In this document: piece by piece, positions 16,828-26,452 of the stretch
How positions within the stretch are numbered: position 1 is the first letter of the stretch
Layout of the letters: each line of letters starts with the position of its first letter
IMG/VR virus record: IMGVR_UViG_2974663217_000001
Span: 5,062 to 69,061 of that record
Direction: 5' to 3' (one strand)
Length of the DNA stretch: 64,000 bases
Source: a virus
Lineage: Duplodnaviria > Caudoviricetes
Translations under genes and position numbers: made by a program
The notes under the pieces: model-generated
Told to the model about the DNA's origin: nothing
Seen by the model: only the letters and a program-made list of their open reading frames with translations
Databases searched by the model: none

Positions 16828-19310
16828 ACCGCAGCGCACTGGCACAGGCGGCGAGGAAACCGAACCGGACGGAAGCGCCGGACAAGGTGGCCTCTTTCTA
16901 CCGTGGCATTGTGGCCGAGGTCCGTTCTGACGGCATGCTGTGGGTGGTAGTGCCCCGACTGGCCGGGGACACCCCTATTGGCCCCATGCCGGCGGCGTCC
17001 TACGCGCTGAACGTGGGCGAACGCGTCATGGTGGGCGCCGTGGAGGACTCCCGTAGTGACCTAATGATTATCTGCCGGGAATATGGCGATTCCTCCGCGT
17101 TCCCGGCGTTTGAGGGCGTGCATTTGGCGACGGCCCCGACAGGGCCGGACCATGCCACCCGCAAGGACTATGTGGACGCCCTTGGCGACATTTCCGCCAA
17201 CCCCAACACGGTGGCCCGTCGTGGCGCGTCCGGGTCAATCCTTGCCCAAGAGGTCTACCTCAGCGGATTGCAGACGGCGAACAACGCCGCGACGCGCAAG
17301 AGCTACGTGGACGCCGGGGACGCCGCGAGGCTGCCCAAGAACCCCACCCTGTTGCCGCAAATCGCGCATGACCTCAACGACTACCAAACGCCCGACGTGA
17401 TGCACCAGAGCTACAACGCCGCAGCGAACGTCAGCGCCAACTATCCGGTGCCGCTGGCCGGGCTGCTTGAGGTGTTCAGCCCCTCCACGTCGTTTATCTA
17501 TCAGCGGTACACCAGTTACAGCAACCTCAGTCGGGTTTTCTGGCGCGCCAAGTATTCCACCGGGGCGTGGGGTGCCTGGAAAGAGGTTCAGGACGTTGCC
17601 GCGTTCACCACGGCACTGGCCGGAAAGTCCGACGTTGGGCACACGCACGCAGCCGCCGACGTCACTTCCGGCGTCTTTGCTGCTGCCCGGCTGCCGGCAG
17701 CCACCGGCGCCGTCCAGGGTGCCATGAGCGCCGCCGATAAGACCAAGCTTGACGCAGCGAGTGCCGCAGCTACCCCATCAACCCTTGTCATGCTCGACGT
17801 GAACGGGCGCGCCCAAGTAGCTGCCCCGTCCGCCACGGGCGACATTGCCAATAAGTCCTACGTTGACACTCAGGTGGGAACCCGGGCGCTGACGGCGCAC
17901 ACCCATGCCGCTGCCGACGTAACCAGCGGCGTCTTTGCCGCCTCGCTGCTGCCAGCGGCCACCACGTCCGCGCAAGGCGCCATGTCTGCCGCTGACAAAA
18001 CCAAGCTTGACGCCGCCAATATCAGCAACACGGGCAGCACGCTGGCGTTGCGGACCTCAACAGGTGACCTTATGGCCACCAACTTTTTCATGCCCAACGG
18101 CCAAGCCCAATCGACGCTTCCCCAGTCCTTGACCCGCAAGGACTACGTGGACACCGCCGTGGCCGCCAAGGCGAACACCTCGCACACGCACACCTACGCG
18201 GACATTACGGGCACCGTGCCCACGGCTGCGCTGCCTCCGCTGGCCGTCAATGACGTTTTCCCTGTTGACTCCCAAGCGGAAATGTTGGCCCTCACGGCGC
18301 AGCGCGGTGACATGGCCATTAGGTCTGACAATGGCCGCAGCTACGTTTTGAGCGTGGACGCCCCCGGAACCTTGGCTAACTGGAAAGAGGTAATGGCTGC
18401 CGGGCAGGTCCAGTCCGTGGCCGGGAAAACCGGCGTGGTGGCCTTGGTCAAGGGTGACGTTGGGCTTGGGAACGTCGACAACACCTCCGACGCCAACAAG
18501 CCTGTCAGCACGGCCACGCAGACAGCACTCAATGGGAAGTCCAACACCGGCCACACCCACTTGTGGGCTGACCTCACCGACAAGCCAGCCACGTTCACCC
18601 CGTCCGCGCACACCCACAACGCCTCCGATATCAACGCTGGAACCCTGGCCGCCGCGAGGCTTCCCGCAGCAACAAGCGCGACGGCTGGTTCCATGTCCGC
18701 CGCCGATAAGGCCAAGTTAGACGCCGCAAGCGCGGCGGCAACCGCCAACACGCTGGTGCTGTTGGACGCGTCCGGGCGCGCCCAAGTCGCAACCCCCGCT
18801 GTGGCGGCTGACATTGCGAACAAATCCTATGCGGATACCAAGGCGGCGCTGTCCCACACGCATGCGGCTGCCGACGTAACCAGTGGCACGTTCGCCGCTG
18901 CCCGGTTGCCGCTGGTCACTACGTCCGCCAACGGCGCCATGTCCGCGGCGGACAAAACCGCCTTTGACGCTCTCTCTGAGGACACGGGCTGGGTGAATGT
19001 GCCCCTCACCTCGCCGTGGGTGAACTATGACACCGGCTTGCACGCCACGGCCCAAGTCCGGCGCATCGGGCAGCGGGTGGAACTCAAGGCGTTTTTGAAG
19101 TCCGGATCCTTGGGCACGAACGTGGGAATTATCCCCGCCGGGACGGGTCCGGGCTTCCGCCCTGTTTCTCAGCGCTGGGGCACAGCGACGTTCCAGGCCA
19201 CAAACATTGGTTCAACATTCAGCGTGGTTTACCCGGACGGGACGGTGTACCTGTCCGGCACGGGCGCCGTTACTTACGTGTCCATTGAAATGAGCTGGTT
19301 TGTGGGCTGA
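16824..19310 (+). CDS. Baseplate spike (gpV-like OB fold) fused to tail-fibre repeats
   Basis: GTG 16824 with RBS GGAGG. N-terminal LWVVVPRLAGDTPIGP...VGERVMV; then a knob-like domain (AGLLEV...YQRYT...FWRAK...WGAWKEV), HTH/AADKTKLD repeats and a C-terminal RRIGQRVEL receptor-binding-like domain. Confidence 0.75.
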   Translation: MNRSALAQAARKPNRTEAPDKVASFYRGIVAEVRSDGMLWVVVPRLAGDTPIGPMPAASYALNVGERVMVGAVEDSRSDLMIICREYGDSSAFPAFEGVHLATAPTGPDHATRKDYVDALGDISANPNTVARRGASGSILAQEVYLSGLQTANNAATRKSYVDAGDAARLPKNPTLLPQIAHDLNDYQTPDVMHQSYNAAANVSANYPVPLAGLLEVFSPSTSFIYQRYTSYSNLSRVFWRAKYSTGAWGAWKEVQDVAAFTTALAGKSDVGHTHAAADVTSGVFAAARLPAATGAVQGAMSAADKTKLDAASAAATPSTLVMLDVNGRAQVAAPSATGDIANKSYVDTQVGTRALTAHTHAAADVTSGVFAASLLPAATTSAQGAMSAADKTKLDAANISNTGSTLALRTSTGDLMATNFFMPNGQAQSTLPQSLTRKDYVDTAVAAKANTSHTHTYADITGTVPTAALPPLAVNDVFPVDSQAEMLALTAQRGDMAIRSDNGRSYVLSVDAPGTLANWKEVMAAGQVQSVAGKTGVVALVKGDVGLGNVDNTSDANKPVSTATQTALNGKSNTGHTHLWADLTDKPATFTPSAHTHNASDINAGTLAAARLPAATSATAGSMSAADKAKLDAASAAATANTLVLLDASGRAQVATPAVAADIANKSYADTKAALSHTHAAADVTSGTFAAARLPLVTTSANGAMSAADKTAFDALSEDTGWVNVPLTSPWVNYDTGLHATAQVRRIGQRVELKAFLKSGSLGTNVGIIPAGTGPGFRPVSQRWGTATFQATNIGSTFSVVYPDGTVYLSGTGAVTYVSIEMSWFVG

Positions 19311-20148
19311 CACCCCGGCCCGTCCCACAGTGAAACGGTCATGACCTCCACCATGGGGGCATGGCCGTTTCAACAACACCCCGCTTTGGCGTAGAGAAGT
19401 ACAGCGCCGGAACCGACCCGCACCCCGGGCGCACCAAGTACAACGAGCGCATGGACGCTTTCGAGGCGTTGGCGGCTATCGCGACGCAGGGCACGACGGC
19501 GGCCCGTCCGGCGGCTGGCAAGGGTAGGGCGTTCTACTGGGACACCCAAGTCGACCGGCTCTATTTCGATAACGGGACGACCTGGAAAGAGGTAACCACT
19601 AACGGCGGTGGCGGCCCCGGTGCGGCGATATCCCCGGGTGCTGCGGCGGCTGAGGGCACGTCCTCGCGTTCGGCCCGGGCTGACCACACCCACAGCTTGC
19701 CGTTGGCCACTGCTGCGGTGGACGGGGCCATGGCCAAAGCGGACAAGGCCAAGTTGGACGCCGCGAGTGCGGCGGCGACGGCCAACACCATCGTGATGCT
19801 TGACGCCAGCGGGCGCGCCAAGGTGGCGAACCCGTCAGCGTCCACGGACATTGCGAACAAGTCCTATGTGGACACCCAAGACGCCACTAAGGCGAACGTG
19901 TCCCACAGCCATGACGCGGCGGACGTTTCCAGTGGCACGTTCAACCCGGCGCGCCTCCCGGCGGCGACCACCACGGCCGCTGGTTCCATGTCCGCTGCTG
20001 ACAAGGTGAAACTGAATAACGCGAGTGCTGCGGCGACGGCCAACACCATCGTGATGTTGGACGCCAACGGGCGCGCGGCGGTAGCGAACCCCACGCTGGC
20101 TGGTGAAATCGCCAATAAGTCCTACGTTGACACTCAGGTGGGAACCCG
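17847..20148 (+). repeat. 38-bp exact direct repeat shared by the two fibre genes
   Basis: GCCAATAAGTCCTACGTTGACACTCAGGTGGGAACCCG at 17847-17884 and 20111-20148. Confidence 0.85.
19321..19360 (+). promoter_or_regulatory. Class II promoter, leaderless
   Basis: CGTCCCACAG at 19321, CACCAT at 19349-19354, ATG at 19361. Confidence 0.7.
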
Positions 20149-21673
20149 CGCCCCGTCTGCGCATACCCACCCTTGGTCTGACATTTCCAGTGGCGTGCCT
20201 ACGTCCTTTACCCCGTCCGCGCACGTCCACGCAGCCGCCGACGTCACTTCCGGCACTTTCGCCGCCGCGAGGCTTCCCGCCGCGACCGGCGCCGCTCAAG
20301 GTGCTATGAGCGCTGCTGACAAGACCAAGCTTGACGCCGCCACGGCGCTGGCTACCCCGTCCACGTTGGTGATGCTGGACGCGTCCGGGCGCGCTGCTGT
20401 GGCTGCCCCGTCCGGGGGCGGCGATATCGCCAACAAAACCTATGTGGACACTCAGGTGGCCACCCGCGCGGCGAGCTCGCACACCCACCCGTGGGCACAG
20501 ATTACGGGCGCCCCGGCGACTTACGCCCCGTCTGCGCACACCCACGCCTTTGATGACCTCACGGGCGTGCCGGCTACTTTCGCGCCATCGGCTCACACCC
20601 ACAGCGGCGCGGACATTACCAGCGGCACAGTACCGGCGGCGCGGCTGCCCCTCGCAACAGGCGCGGTAAACGGCGCCATGTCTGCGGCTGACAAAACCAA
20701 GTTGGATAACGCGAGTGCTGCGGCGACGGCCAACACCATCGTGATGTTGGACGCCAACGGGCGCGCGCAGGTTGGCGCCCCGTCAGTGGCGGCGGATATC
20801 GCCAATAAGTCCTACGTGGACAGCGTGGCCTCCGGTAAGGCGAACACCACCCACACGCACACTTGGGCACAGATCACCAACCCGCCGGCGACTTACGCCC
20901 CGTCTGCGCACACCCACGCCTTTGATGACCTCACGGGCGTGCCCACGGCTTCCAGCACCACGGCAGGGCTTATGTCCGCCGCTGCTTACAACGTCCTTTA
21001 TGGGGCCACGGCTGCCTACAACACGGGCAACATTGTTATGCGCAGCGCTACCGGGCAGATTGAGGCGAACCGCCCGAGCACTGACATTCAGGTTGCGAAC
21101 AAGCTTTACGTGGATGACATGATGAACGCCGCCAAGGCTGGCAAGTTGGACGTGGCCACGTTCACGGCGGCGGTCAGCACAACGGCGTCGGCGCGAGCTC
21201 TGCGGTCCCCTAACGTCGGTTCCTGGATCACCCTTTATGACAACGGCGTGGTGGAAGCCCCCACGATCTACAGCACCAACGCCGCGAGCGGGTCCGCTTT
21301 CCGGGCCGTGTGGGTGAACTCCACGGGCGGCCTTGGCTATAACTTGTCTTCCGAGAAGTACAAAACCAACATTTCCGCGTATGAGGTGCCCCTCGAGGTG
21401 TTGGACCAGATCGAACCTAAGCGCTTCCAGTACAAGGAAAACGTGGCCGATATGGGCGAGGCCGACGCCCCGTTCCGGGTCAACTTCCTTGCGGAAGACC
21501 TCCACGACGCTGGCCTCACCGAGTATGTGAGCTATGACGGCGAGGGCACCGAGCGCGAGAACTGCGAAACGATCAACGAACAACTCATGGTGAACGCGCT
21601 ATGGTCCTTTGCCCGTCAGCAACGGCAGCAAATCACCGAGTTGCAGACCAAGCTCAACGAACTGGTGAACTAG
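19361..21673 (+). CDS. Tail fibre with C-terminal intramolecular chaperone (peptidase S74-like)
   Basis: His-x-His fibre repeats; SSEKYKTNI...FQYK...FLAEDL...coiled-coil C-terminus. Confidence 0.9.
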   Translation: MAVSTTPRFGVEKYSAGTDPHPGRTKYNERMDAFEALAAIATQGTTAARPAAGKGRAFYWDTQVDRLYFDNGTTWKEVTTNGGGGPGAAISPGAAAAEGTSSRSARADHTHSLPLATAAVDGAMAKADKAKLDAASAAATANTIVMLDASGRAKVANPSASTDIANKSYVDTQDATKANVSHSHDAADVSSGTFNPARLPAATTTAAGSMSAADKVKLNNASAAATANTIVMLDANGRAAVANPTLAGEIANKSYVDTQVGTRAPSAHTHPWSDISSGVPTSFTPSAHVHAAADVTSGTFAAARLPAATGAAQGAMSAADKTKLDAATALATPSTLVMLDASGRAAVAAPSGGGDIANKTYVDTQVATRAASSHTHPWAQITGAPATYAPSAHTHAFDDLTGVPATFAPSAHTHSGADITSGTVPAARLPLATGAVNGAMSAADKTKLDNASAAATANTIVMLDANGRAQVGAPSVAADIANKSYVDSVASGKANTTHTHTWAQITNPPATYAPSAHTHAFDDLTGVPTASSTTAGLMSAAAYNVLYGATAAYNTGNIVMRSATGQIEANRPSTDIQVANKLYVDDMMNAAKAGKLDVATFTAAVSTTASARALRSPNVGSWITLYDNGVVEAPTIYSTNAASGSAFRAVWVNSTGGLGYNLSSEKYKTNISAYEVPLEVLDQIEPKRFQYKENVADMGEADAPFRVNFLAEDLHDAGLTEYVSYDGEGTERENCETINEQLMVNALWSFARQQRQQITELQTKLNELVN
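20016..20943 (+). repeat. 62-bp and 59-bp exact direct repeats within the tail fibre gene
   Basis: 62 bp at 20016-20077 and 20706-20767; 59 bp at 20513-20571 and 20885-20943. Confidence 0.85.
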
Positions 21674-21676
21674 CCC

Positions 21677-21964
21677 ATGTTTTCTGACATTCCCGCGTGG
21701 ATCGGAACCGATCTGACCCCTTGGGCCATTGTGGGGCTGGTGGTGGTTTCGATCCTCACGGGCCGGTTCTTGGTTCCCAAGATTTACTACAACGAAATCA
21801 AGGCCGAGCGGGACAAATGGCGTTCTGTGGCCGAGTCCCTGACCGGCGACGTGAAAACGATAGCCGGGACACTTCCCGGGGTTCTTGAGGTGGGCAAGTC
21901 CATGGATAAGGTCATGACCGCCGTCAAAGAGAAAGCCGACGCGGAACGGGGGGCCGTGGAGTGA
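21677..21964 (+). CDS. Membrane protein (holin-like) of the lysis cassette
   Basis: One N-terminal TM helix plus coiled coil. Confidence 0.7.
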   Translation: MFSDIPAWIGTDLTPWAIVGLVVVSILTGRFLVPKIYYNEIKAERDKWRSVAESLTGDVKTIAGTLPGVLEVGKSMDKVMTAVKEKADAERGAVE

Positions 21965-22176
21965 ACGCACTGAAAAGGCTGTTGGGCTGGCATAAGTACG
22001 TGGTCAGCCCCGAGGAAAAACAAGCATCGTCCAGGGCCTTACGGGACGCCGAACAGGTCAAGCAGACAGTGGACGCCCTGCAAACAGAATCAACCATTGT
22101 GGGCGCACGTCAGCGCCACATACGCGAGGAAAACCACTGGACGCGGAACCTCGAACACGTTTTTAGGGGGACATGA
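21961..22176 (+). CDS. Small lysis-cassette protein
   Basis: GTGA and ATGA overlaps with both neighbours. Confidence 0.65.
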   Translation: MNALKRLLGWHKYVVSPEEKQASSRALRDAEQVKQTVDALQTESTIVGARQRHIREENHWTRNLEHVFRGT

Positions 22177-22583
22177 TGAAACGAGAAATTGCAACGGGCG
22201 TGGGCGTGATGCTGTTGGCCTCGCTCACGTTCCTAACCACGGAACACGCATCCGTGACCGTGGCGTTGCTGGTGATCCTGGCCAGTTCCTTTGCCGTGCT
22301 GACGGTCTACTACATGCACCGGGCGCGGTGGCGCCAGTACCCCTCCGGGCGGACGTTCCTTTATCTGTTGTGGGCTTTTGACGCGCTGGTTGGGTTCTTG
22401 CTCATTAGCCGGCTGGTGGAACCGCGCGAGCTCCGGCTGACCATTTACAACGTCCTGATAGCTGGCCTTGTGGCGGCTGTCTGGTTGATCACGGCCACTT
22501 TCTGGAAAGCGCAGAAAGAGGCGCGAGCGGAAAGGCTGCGCAAACGGGCAGCACTCAAAGAGAAAGAGGAAAACCAGCCATGA
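22173..22583 (+). CDS. Multi-pass membrane protein (holin-like)
   Basis: About 4 TM helices and a basic C-terminus, directly before the endolysin. Confidence 0.7.
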   Translation: MMKREIATGVGVMLLASLTFLTTEHASVTVALLVILASSFAVLTVYYMHRARWRQYPSGRTFLYLLWAFDALVGFLLISRLVEPRELRLTIYNVLIAGLVAAVWLITATFWKAQKEARAERLRKRAALKEKEENQP

Positions 22584-24235
22584 CCACAGCATCACAGGAA
22601 CGGTTCCTGAACGGCGCCGCCGGTAACTACTATGACCCGGACGGGGTTTATGCGTTCCAGTGCGTTGACACCGCCATTGCCTACGCCATGGCGTGCTACC
22701 CGGACGTGAACTGGGAAACCACGTTTGGCCGCGGAAACGCCAAGGACCACTACCCCAAGTCAAACGCCTACTTCGACAGCATCCCCAACATTGTGGGTGA
22801 CCTCAACAGCTACCCGCAGCGCGGTGACATTGTGATTTGGGGCGGGGACAACTGGAACCCCTACGGGCACATTGCCGTGGTGCTGTGGGCTGACGCCTAC
22901 AGCATGCGGGTGCTGCAACAGAACGCTGACGGTTCCGCTCGCCTCCCAACGCAGATAGCCACCGTGGGCTACGTGATCCCCGGCGCCGGCGGCGTCGTGG
23001 GCTGGCTGCGGCCCAAGGTGTCTGCCGCCGCACCAACACCCACCCCGGCCCCGGCGGCGGGAACGCTCAACGGCATCGACATTTCAATGCACCAAGGGGC
23101 GGCAATCAACATTGCCGGGACAGGTGCGCAGTTCGTGGGCATCAAGGCCACCGAGGGCGTGGGATACACGGATCCGCAGTACGTTGCCAACGTGGCCAAG
23201 GCTCGCCGCGACGGGCTGCCCATCATCCACTATCACTTTGCGCGTCCGTTCGCCGCTGACGGCAACACCGCATTGGCCGAATCGGACTGGTTCCTCTCAC
23301 AGGTGCGCCCCCAGCTTGGCCCGGACGATATCCTCGCGCTGGACTTCGAGGCCGAGAACACCCACCGCACGGACTGGGCCAATGACTTCCTGGACCTCGT
23401 GCATGCCAGCACGGAAAAGCGCCCGTGGCTCTACGCCAATCAGACCGTGGCGAACCAGCCCGGGTGGGATGCCGTCAAGGGCAAGTATCCGCTGTGGTGC
23501 GCCCGGTACCCGCTGCCTGTCATTCAGTCATGGTCCCCACTGAACACGCCCCCGAGCGTTCCAGGCTGGAACCTTGTCATGTGGCAGTACAGCCAGAACG
23601 GCCGGCTGCCCGGTTACGGCGGCGATCTGGACCTGAACGTGTTCTATGGCGACATGGGCGCGTGGCAAAAGCTCGCCGCGGGTGGCAATTGGATTGCCCC
23701 GGTTCAGGTGCCCACCACCACGCCGCCGGTAGCCGGAACCGCGACGCAGTGCATTGTTGACCCGGGCGACACCCTTTCCGCGATTGCGGCACAGTTCGGG
23801 GCGTCCCTGCAGGACTTGATCAACGTCAACCCGGGAATCAGCCCTGACCTGATTTACCCGGGACAGGTGTTGAACCTCCCGGGCGGTGGTCCGCTGCAAC
23901 AGCCGGGTGCCGTGTCTCAGTGCATCGTTGACGCCGGGGACACTCTCGCCGGTATCGCGGCGCAGTTCGGCGTTGACCTCAACGCGCTTATCAGCTTGAA
24001 CGGCATCACGAACCCTGACCTGATCTATCCGGGCCAGTTGCTCAACCTCCCGGCCAAGACGGTGACGGCCCCGGCGCCGACCCCGGCGCGGGTTTCTCAG
24101 GTAGTTGTGGACCCGGGCGACACCTTGGGCGGCATTGCCACCCAGTTTGGCGTCAACGTCCACGACTTGGCCCGAGTCAACGGCATCACGAACCCGGACT
24201 ATATCCAAGCTGGTCAAGTCCTCAACCTCCCGTAA
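22580..24235 (+). CDS. Endolysin: CHAP + GH25 muramidase + 3 LysM
   Basis: FQCVD...YGHIAVV (CHAP); GIDISMHQG...KATEG...YHF...LDFE...WQYS...DLDLN (GH25); three V-GDTL--IA-QFG LysM repeats. Confidence 0.92.
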   Translation: MTTASQERFLNGAAGNYYDPDGVYAFQCVDTAIAYAMACYPDVNWETTFGRGNAKDHYPKSNAYFDSIPNIVGDLNSYPQRGDIVIWGGDNWNPYGHIAVVLWADAYSMRVLQQNADGSARLPTQIATVGYVIPGAGGVVGWLRPKVSAAAPTPTPAPAAGTLNGIDISMHQGAAINIAGTGAQFVGIKATEGVGYTDPQYVANVAKARRDGLPIIHYHFARPFAADGNTALAESDWFLSQVRPQLGPDDILALDFEAENTHRTDWANDFLDLVHASTEKRPWLYANQTVANQPGWDAVKGKYPLWCARYPLPVIQSWSPLNTPPSVPGWNLVMWQYSQNGRLPGYGGDLDLNVFYGDMGAWQKLAAGGNWIAPVQVPTTTPPVAGTATQCIVDPGDTLSAIAAQFGASLQDLINVNPGISPDLIYPGQVLNLPGGGPLQQPGAVSQCIVDAGDTLAGIAAQFGVDLNALISLNGITNPDLIYPGQLLNLPAKTVTAPAPTPARVSQVVVDPGDTLGGIATQFGVNVHDLARVNGITNPDYIQAGQVLNLP

Positions 24236-24250
24236 GAAAGGGATAAATCA

Positions 24251-24706
24251 ATGATTGTTTTCGACGTTCCCCAGTGGCAGTTCCTTGTGCAAGTGTTCGG
24301 CGGCACGGTCATGACCCTGTTGGTGGGTCTTGTGACCACCCGTGTGACTTCCTCGCAAGTCCGCGCCATTCTGTTGGCGGCTCTGTCGGTGCTGAGTTCC
24401 ATAGTCACCGAGCTTGTGGCGGCACTACAGACCAACACGCCCTATAACTTGGGCACGGCTCTGACGTTCGGCCTCTTGACGTTCCTGGTGGCCGTTGGCA
24501 CCCATTACGGCATTCTGAAACACACCAACCTTGAAACGGCAGCACAGAACACCCTTGTTACGGCGTCCGCTGCCGAGGTCCGCGCACATGAGCAAGCTAA
24601 AGCCCTCGAATTGCTGGCCAAGGCTGGCGTCAAGACTCAGGAAACCTCCCCTGACGGCGCAACCCCCGCTATCAAGTACGTTCCCCGCCACAGCACCCGT
24701 GAGTAG
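24251..24706 (+). CDS. Holin
   Basis: About 3 TM helices, directly after the endolysin. Confidence 0.75.
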   Translation: MIVFDVPQWQFLVQVFGGTVMTLLVGLVTTRVTSSQVRAILLAALSVLSSIVTELVAALQTNTPYNLGTALTFGLLTFLVAVGTHYGILKHTNLETAAQNTLVTASAAEVRAHEQAKALELLAKAGVKTQETSPDGATPAIKYVPRHSTRE

Positions 24707-24715
24707 GCGAGCATG

Positions 24716-24751
24716 AGAAAAGCCCCCCACCAAACGGTGGGGGGCTTTTCT
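24716..24751. terminator. Bidirectional intrinsic terminator
   Basis: AGAAAAGCCCCCCACC aaac GGTGGGGGGCTTTTCT between convergent genes. Confidence 0.9.
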
Positions 24752-24760
24752 GTTGGGGGG

Positions 24761-24970
24761 CTAGTGGACGGTCACCCACTTTTGGCATGTCTGCAAGAGT
24801 TCGTCATATGTGCCTTTGAGGGCTTCGTCAAAGAACTGCGTGGCTTCCTCTCGGTGTCCCGCTCGCTCAAGGGCTTTGCGGACCCGGGAGACGATGAAAA
24901 ACGCGTTGCCGTCTTCCCCGGTTAGCTGGACCTCGACGTCGGGGAACTTGGGGGCTGTAGCTGTGGCCAT
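24761..24970 (-). CDS. Conserved small phage protein (GNAF motif)
   Basis: VQLTGEDGNAFFIVSRVRKAL...YDELL, a recurrent phage hypothetical family. Confidence 0.75.
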   Translation of the reverse strand: MATATAPKFPDVEVQLTGEDGNAFFIVSRVRKALERAGHREEATQFFDEALKGTYDELLQTCQKWVTVH

Positions 24971-24982
24971 GCTGGTGCCTTT

Positions 24983-25423
24983 CTAGAGTTTGCGGACTTC
25001 CACCCGGAACCGTTCGCCGCCAATGTCCATGGTCAGCGAGGGGTGGGCGGCGTCCGTGTCGGGGGTGAATTCGGTTGTTTCGGCGGTGCCCCACTGGCAT
25101 TCGTCATGGCTCATTTCGAGCATGGCGTGGAGTATGTCCCGGATTTGTTCGGGGGTTGAGGGCGGCGGGGATTGCCACGGGTCAAAGTCTTGGTTGAAGC
25201 GGTAGCCGAATGCGGCTACCACCTTGGCGTCAAGGTCTGCTTGTTCCTCACGGGCGGCCCTCGCGGGGGTGTGCTTGGAGAATAGCGCCGTCATATCCGT
25301 GTGGGCCGCCAGCGCGCTTGAGGGGTAGGTGTGGGCGGGGATTTCCCCGGCGTCCATGAGTTTCTTCACGTCAGCGAGGATGCCGTCCACGGCTTTCTGA
25401 ACGTCCACGTTTTCAGTAGTCAC
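24983..25423 (-). CDS. Hypothetical protein
   Basis: Part of a tightly packed leftward operon. Confidence 0.7.
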   Translation of the reverse strand: MTTENVDVQKAVDGILADVKKLMDAGEIPAHTYPSSALAAHTDMTALFSKHTPARAAREEQADLDAKVVAAFGYRFNQDFDPWQSPPPSTPEQIRDILHAMLEMSHDECQWGTAETTEFTPDTDAAHPSLTMDIGGERFRVEVRKL

Positions 25424-25551
25424 GGGGTCACGTTTCCTTGGGTGTTATGGGCTTGCTGCTGCTTGAGTTCCCGGTCGTGGCGGACGCATGAGGGGATGCT
25501 GATTAGCAGCCCCACAAGGACGGGAATTAGGACGATAACGAGGGCGTGCAT
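25420..25551 (-). CDS. 43-aa single-TM membrane protein
   Basis: MHALVIVLIPVLVGLLISIPSCVRHDRELKQQQAHNTQGNVTP; starts right after the upstream stop and overlaps the next start (GTGA). Below the ORF-track cutoff. Confidence 0.65.
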   Translation of the reverse strand: MHALVIVLIPVLVGLLISIPSCVRHDRELKQQQAHNTQGNVTP

Positions 25552-25848
25552 TTAGTTGACCTCCACTTCCCAAGTGCAACGGTCATTGGACTGGACTTGC
25601 CACGTCCGGGCGCCGTCAGCGTCGCGGCCCATGTAGCTGTTGGGGAAGCCGTTGGCCACCGCTTCCTCCGGGTTCAGTACGGTGCCCTTGGAGTAGTAGA
25701 CGAACGGCGGGTGGCCCTCAGCTTTGAGGGAATCCTCTTGCCCGTAGGCGGGGGCGGCGTTGACCTCGCCCAAGCGGACACGCAGCTGGTAGGCGTGCAC
25801 TACGTCCCCGGTTTTGAGTTCCGAGGCTTTGACGGTCTTGGTTTCCAT
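25552..25848 (-). CDS. Hypothetical protein
   Basis: RBS AAAGGA; operon packing. Confidence 0.7.
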   Translation of the reverse strand: METKTVKASELKTGDVVHAYQLRVRLGEVNAAPAYGQEDSLKAEGHPPFVYYSKGTVLNPEEAVANGFPNSYMGRDADGARTWQVQSNDRCTWEVEVN

Positions 25849-25879
25849 GGCTGCGTGTCCTTTGAGTTGTGGCGGGGGG

Positions 25880-26383
25880 TTACTTGGTCAGCGGGGCAAT
25901 GGCCGAAATGGGCACTGAGGTGAGTTCAAGGGGGTTGGCATGCTTGCCGTTGGTCTGCTCAAGGGTGACGCGTCCACGGGCGGGGCGAACGTGGGTTACT
26001 TTCCACTCTGCGCCCTCCCAAGTGTTGGCCTTGTGGAATCCCGTGGGGGCAACGATTACAACGGCGTCACCCTCGCTTACCTCAACGCCCTTGTGCTGGC
26101 TGTAGGCGATACCTACAGCACGGGCGATATCGGCGGAAGTTGCGTCTTCCTCGAACCATACGGCGTCCGCTACTTCCTCGCCGTCTGCGTCATAGAAACC
26201 GTAGGAGAGTTCGGCAGTGTCAAAGACGGCGCCGTTATCGCCAAAGTAACCGGGGCCGACCATGACGGCGCCGCCGTCGATAATCAGCGTGGCGGTGCCG
26301 CCCCCAGTTTCTTCAACCTTGGCGTCGATGCCCTCAAGCTGGAATGCTTCGATCAGTTCAGCGGCGGTGTATTCGGTAGACAT
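25880..26383 (-). CDS. Hypothetical acidic protein
   Basis: RBS GAAAGGG; first gene after a sigma-A-like promoter. Confidence 0.7.
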   Translation of the reverse strand: MSTEYTAAELIEAFQLEGIDAKVEETGGGTATLIIDGGAVMVGPGYFGDNGAVFDTAELSYGFYDADGEEVADAVWFEEDATSADIARAVGIAYSQHKGVEVSEGDAVVIVAPTGFHKANTWEGAEWKVTHVRPARGRVTLEQTNGKHANPLELTSVPISAIAPLTK

Positions 26384-26418
26384 TTCTTACCCTTTCGTTG
26401 TGGCGGTTACTGCGTAAA

Positions 26419-26452
26419 CAGAATGTAGCACCCCGCTACAGAATCATGCAAC
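26419..26452 (-). promoter_or_regulatory. Sigma-A-like promoter with palindromic operator
   Basis: Minus strand TTGCAT-18-TACATT; operator TGTAGCACCCCGCTACA at 26424-26440 overlaps the -10. Confidence 0.75.

Noticed and set aside
17588-20943. Fibre repeats as a diversity-generating retroelement or invertible shufflon
   Set aside because: No reverse transcriptase or invertase in the window; the repeats are direct and exact, with no adenine-specific differences.
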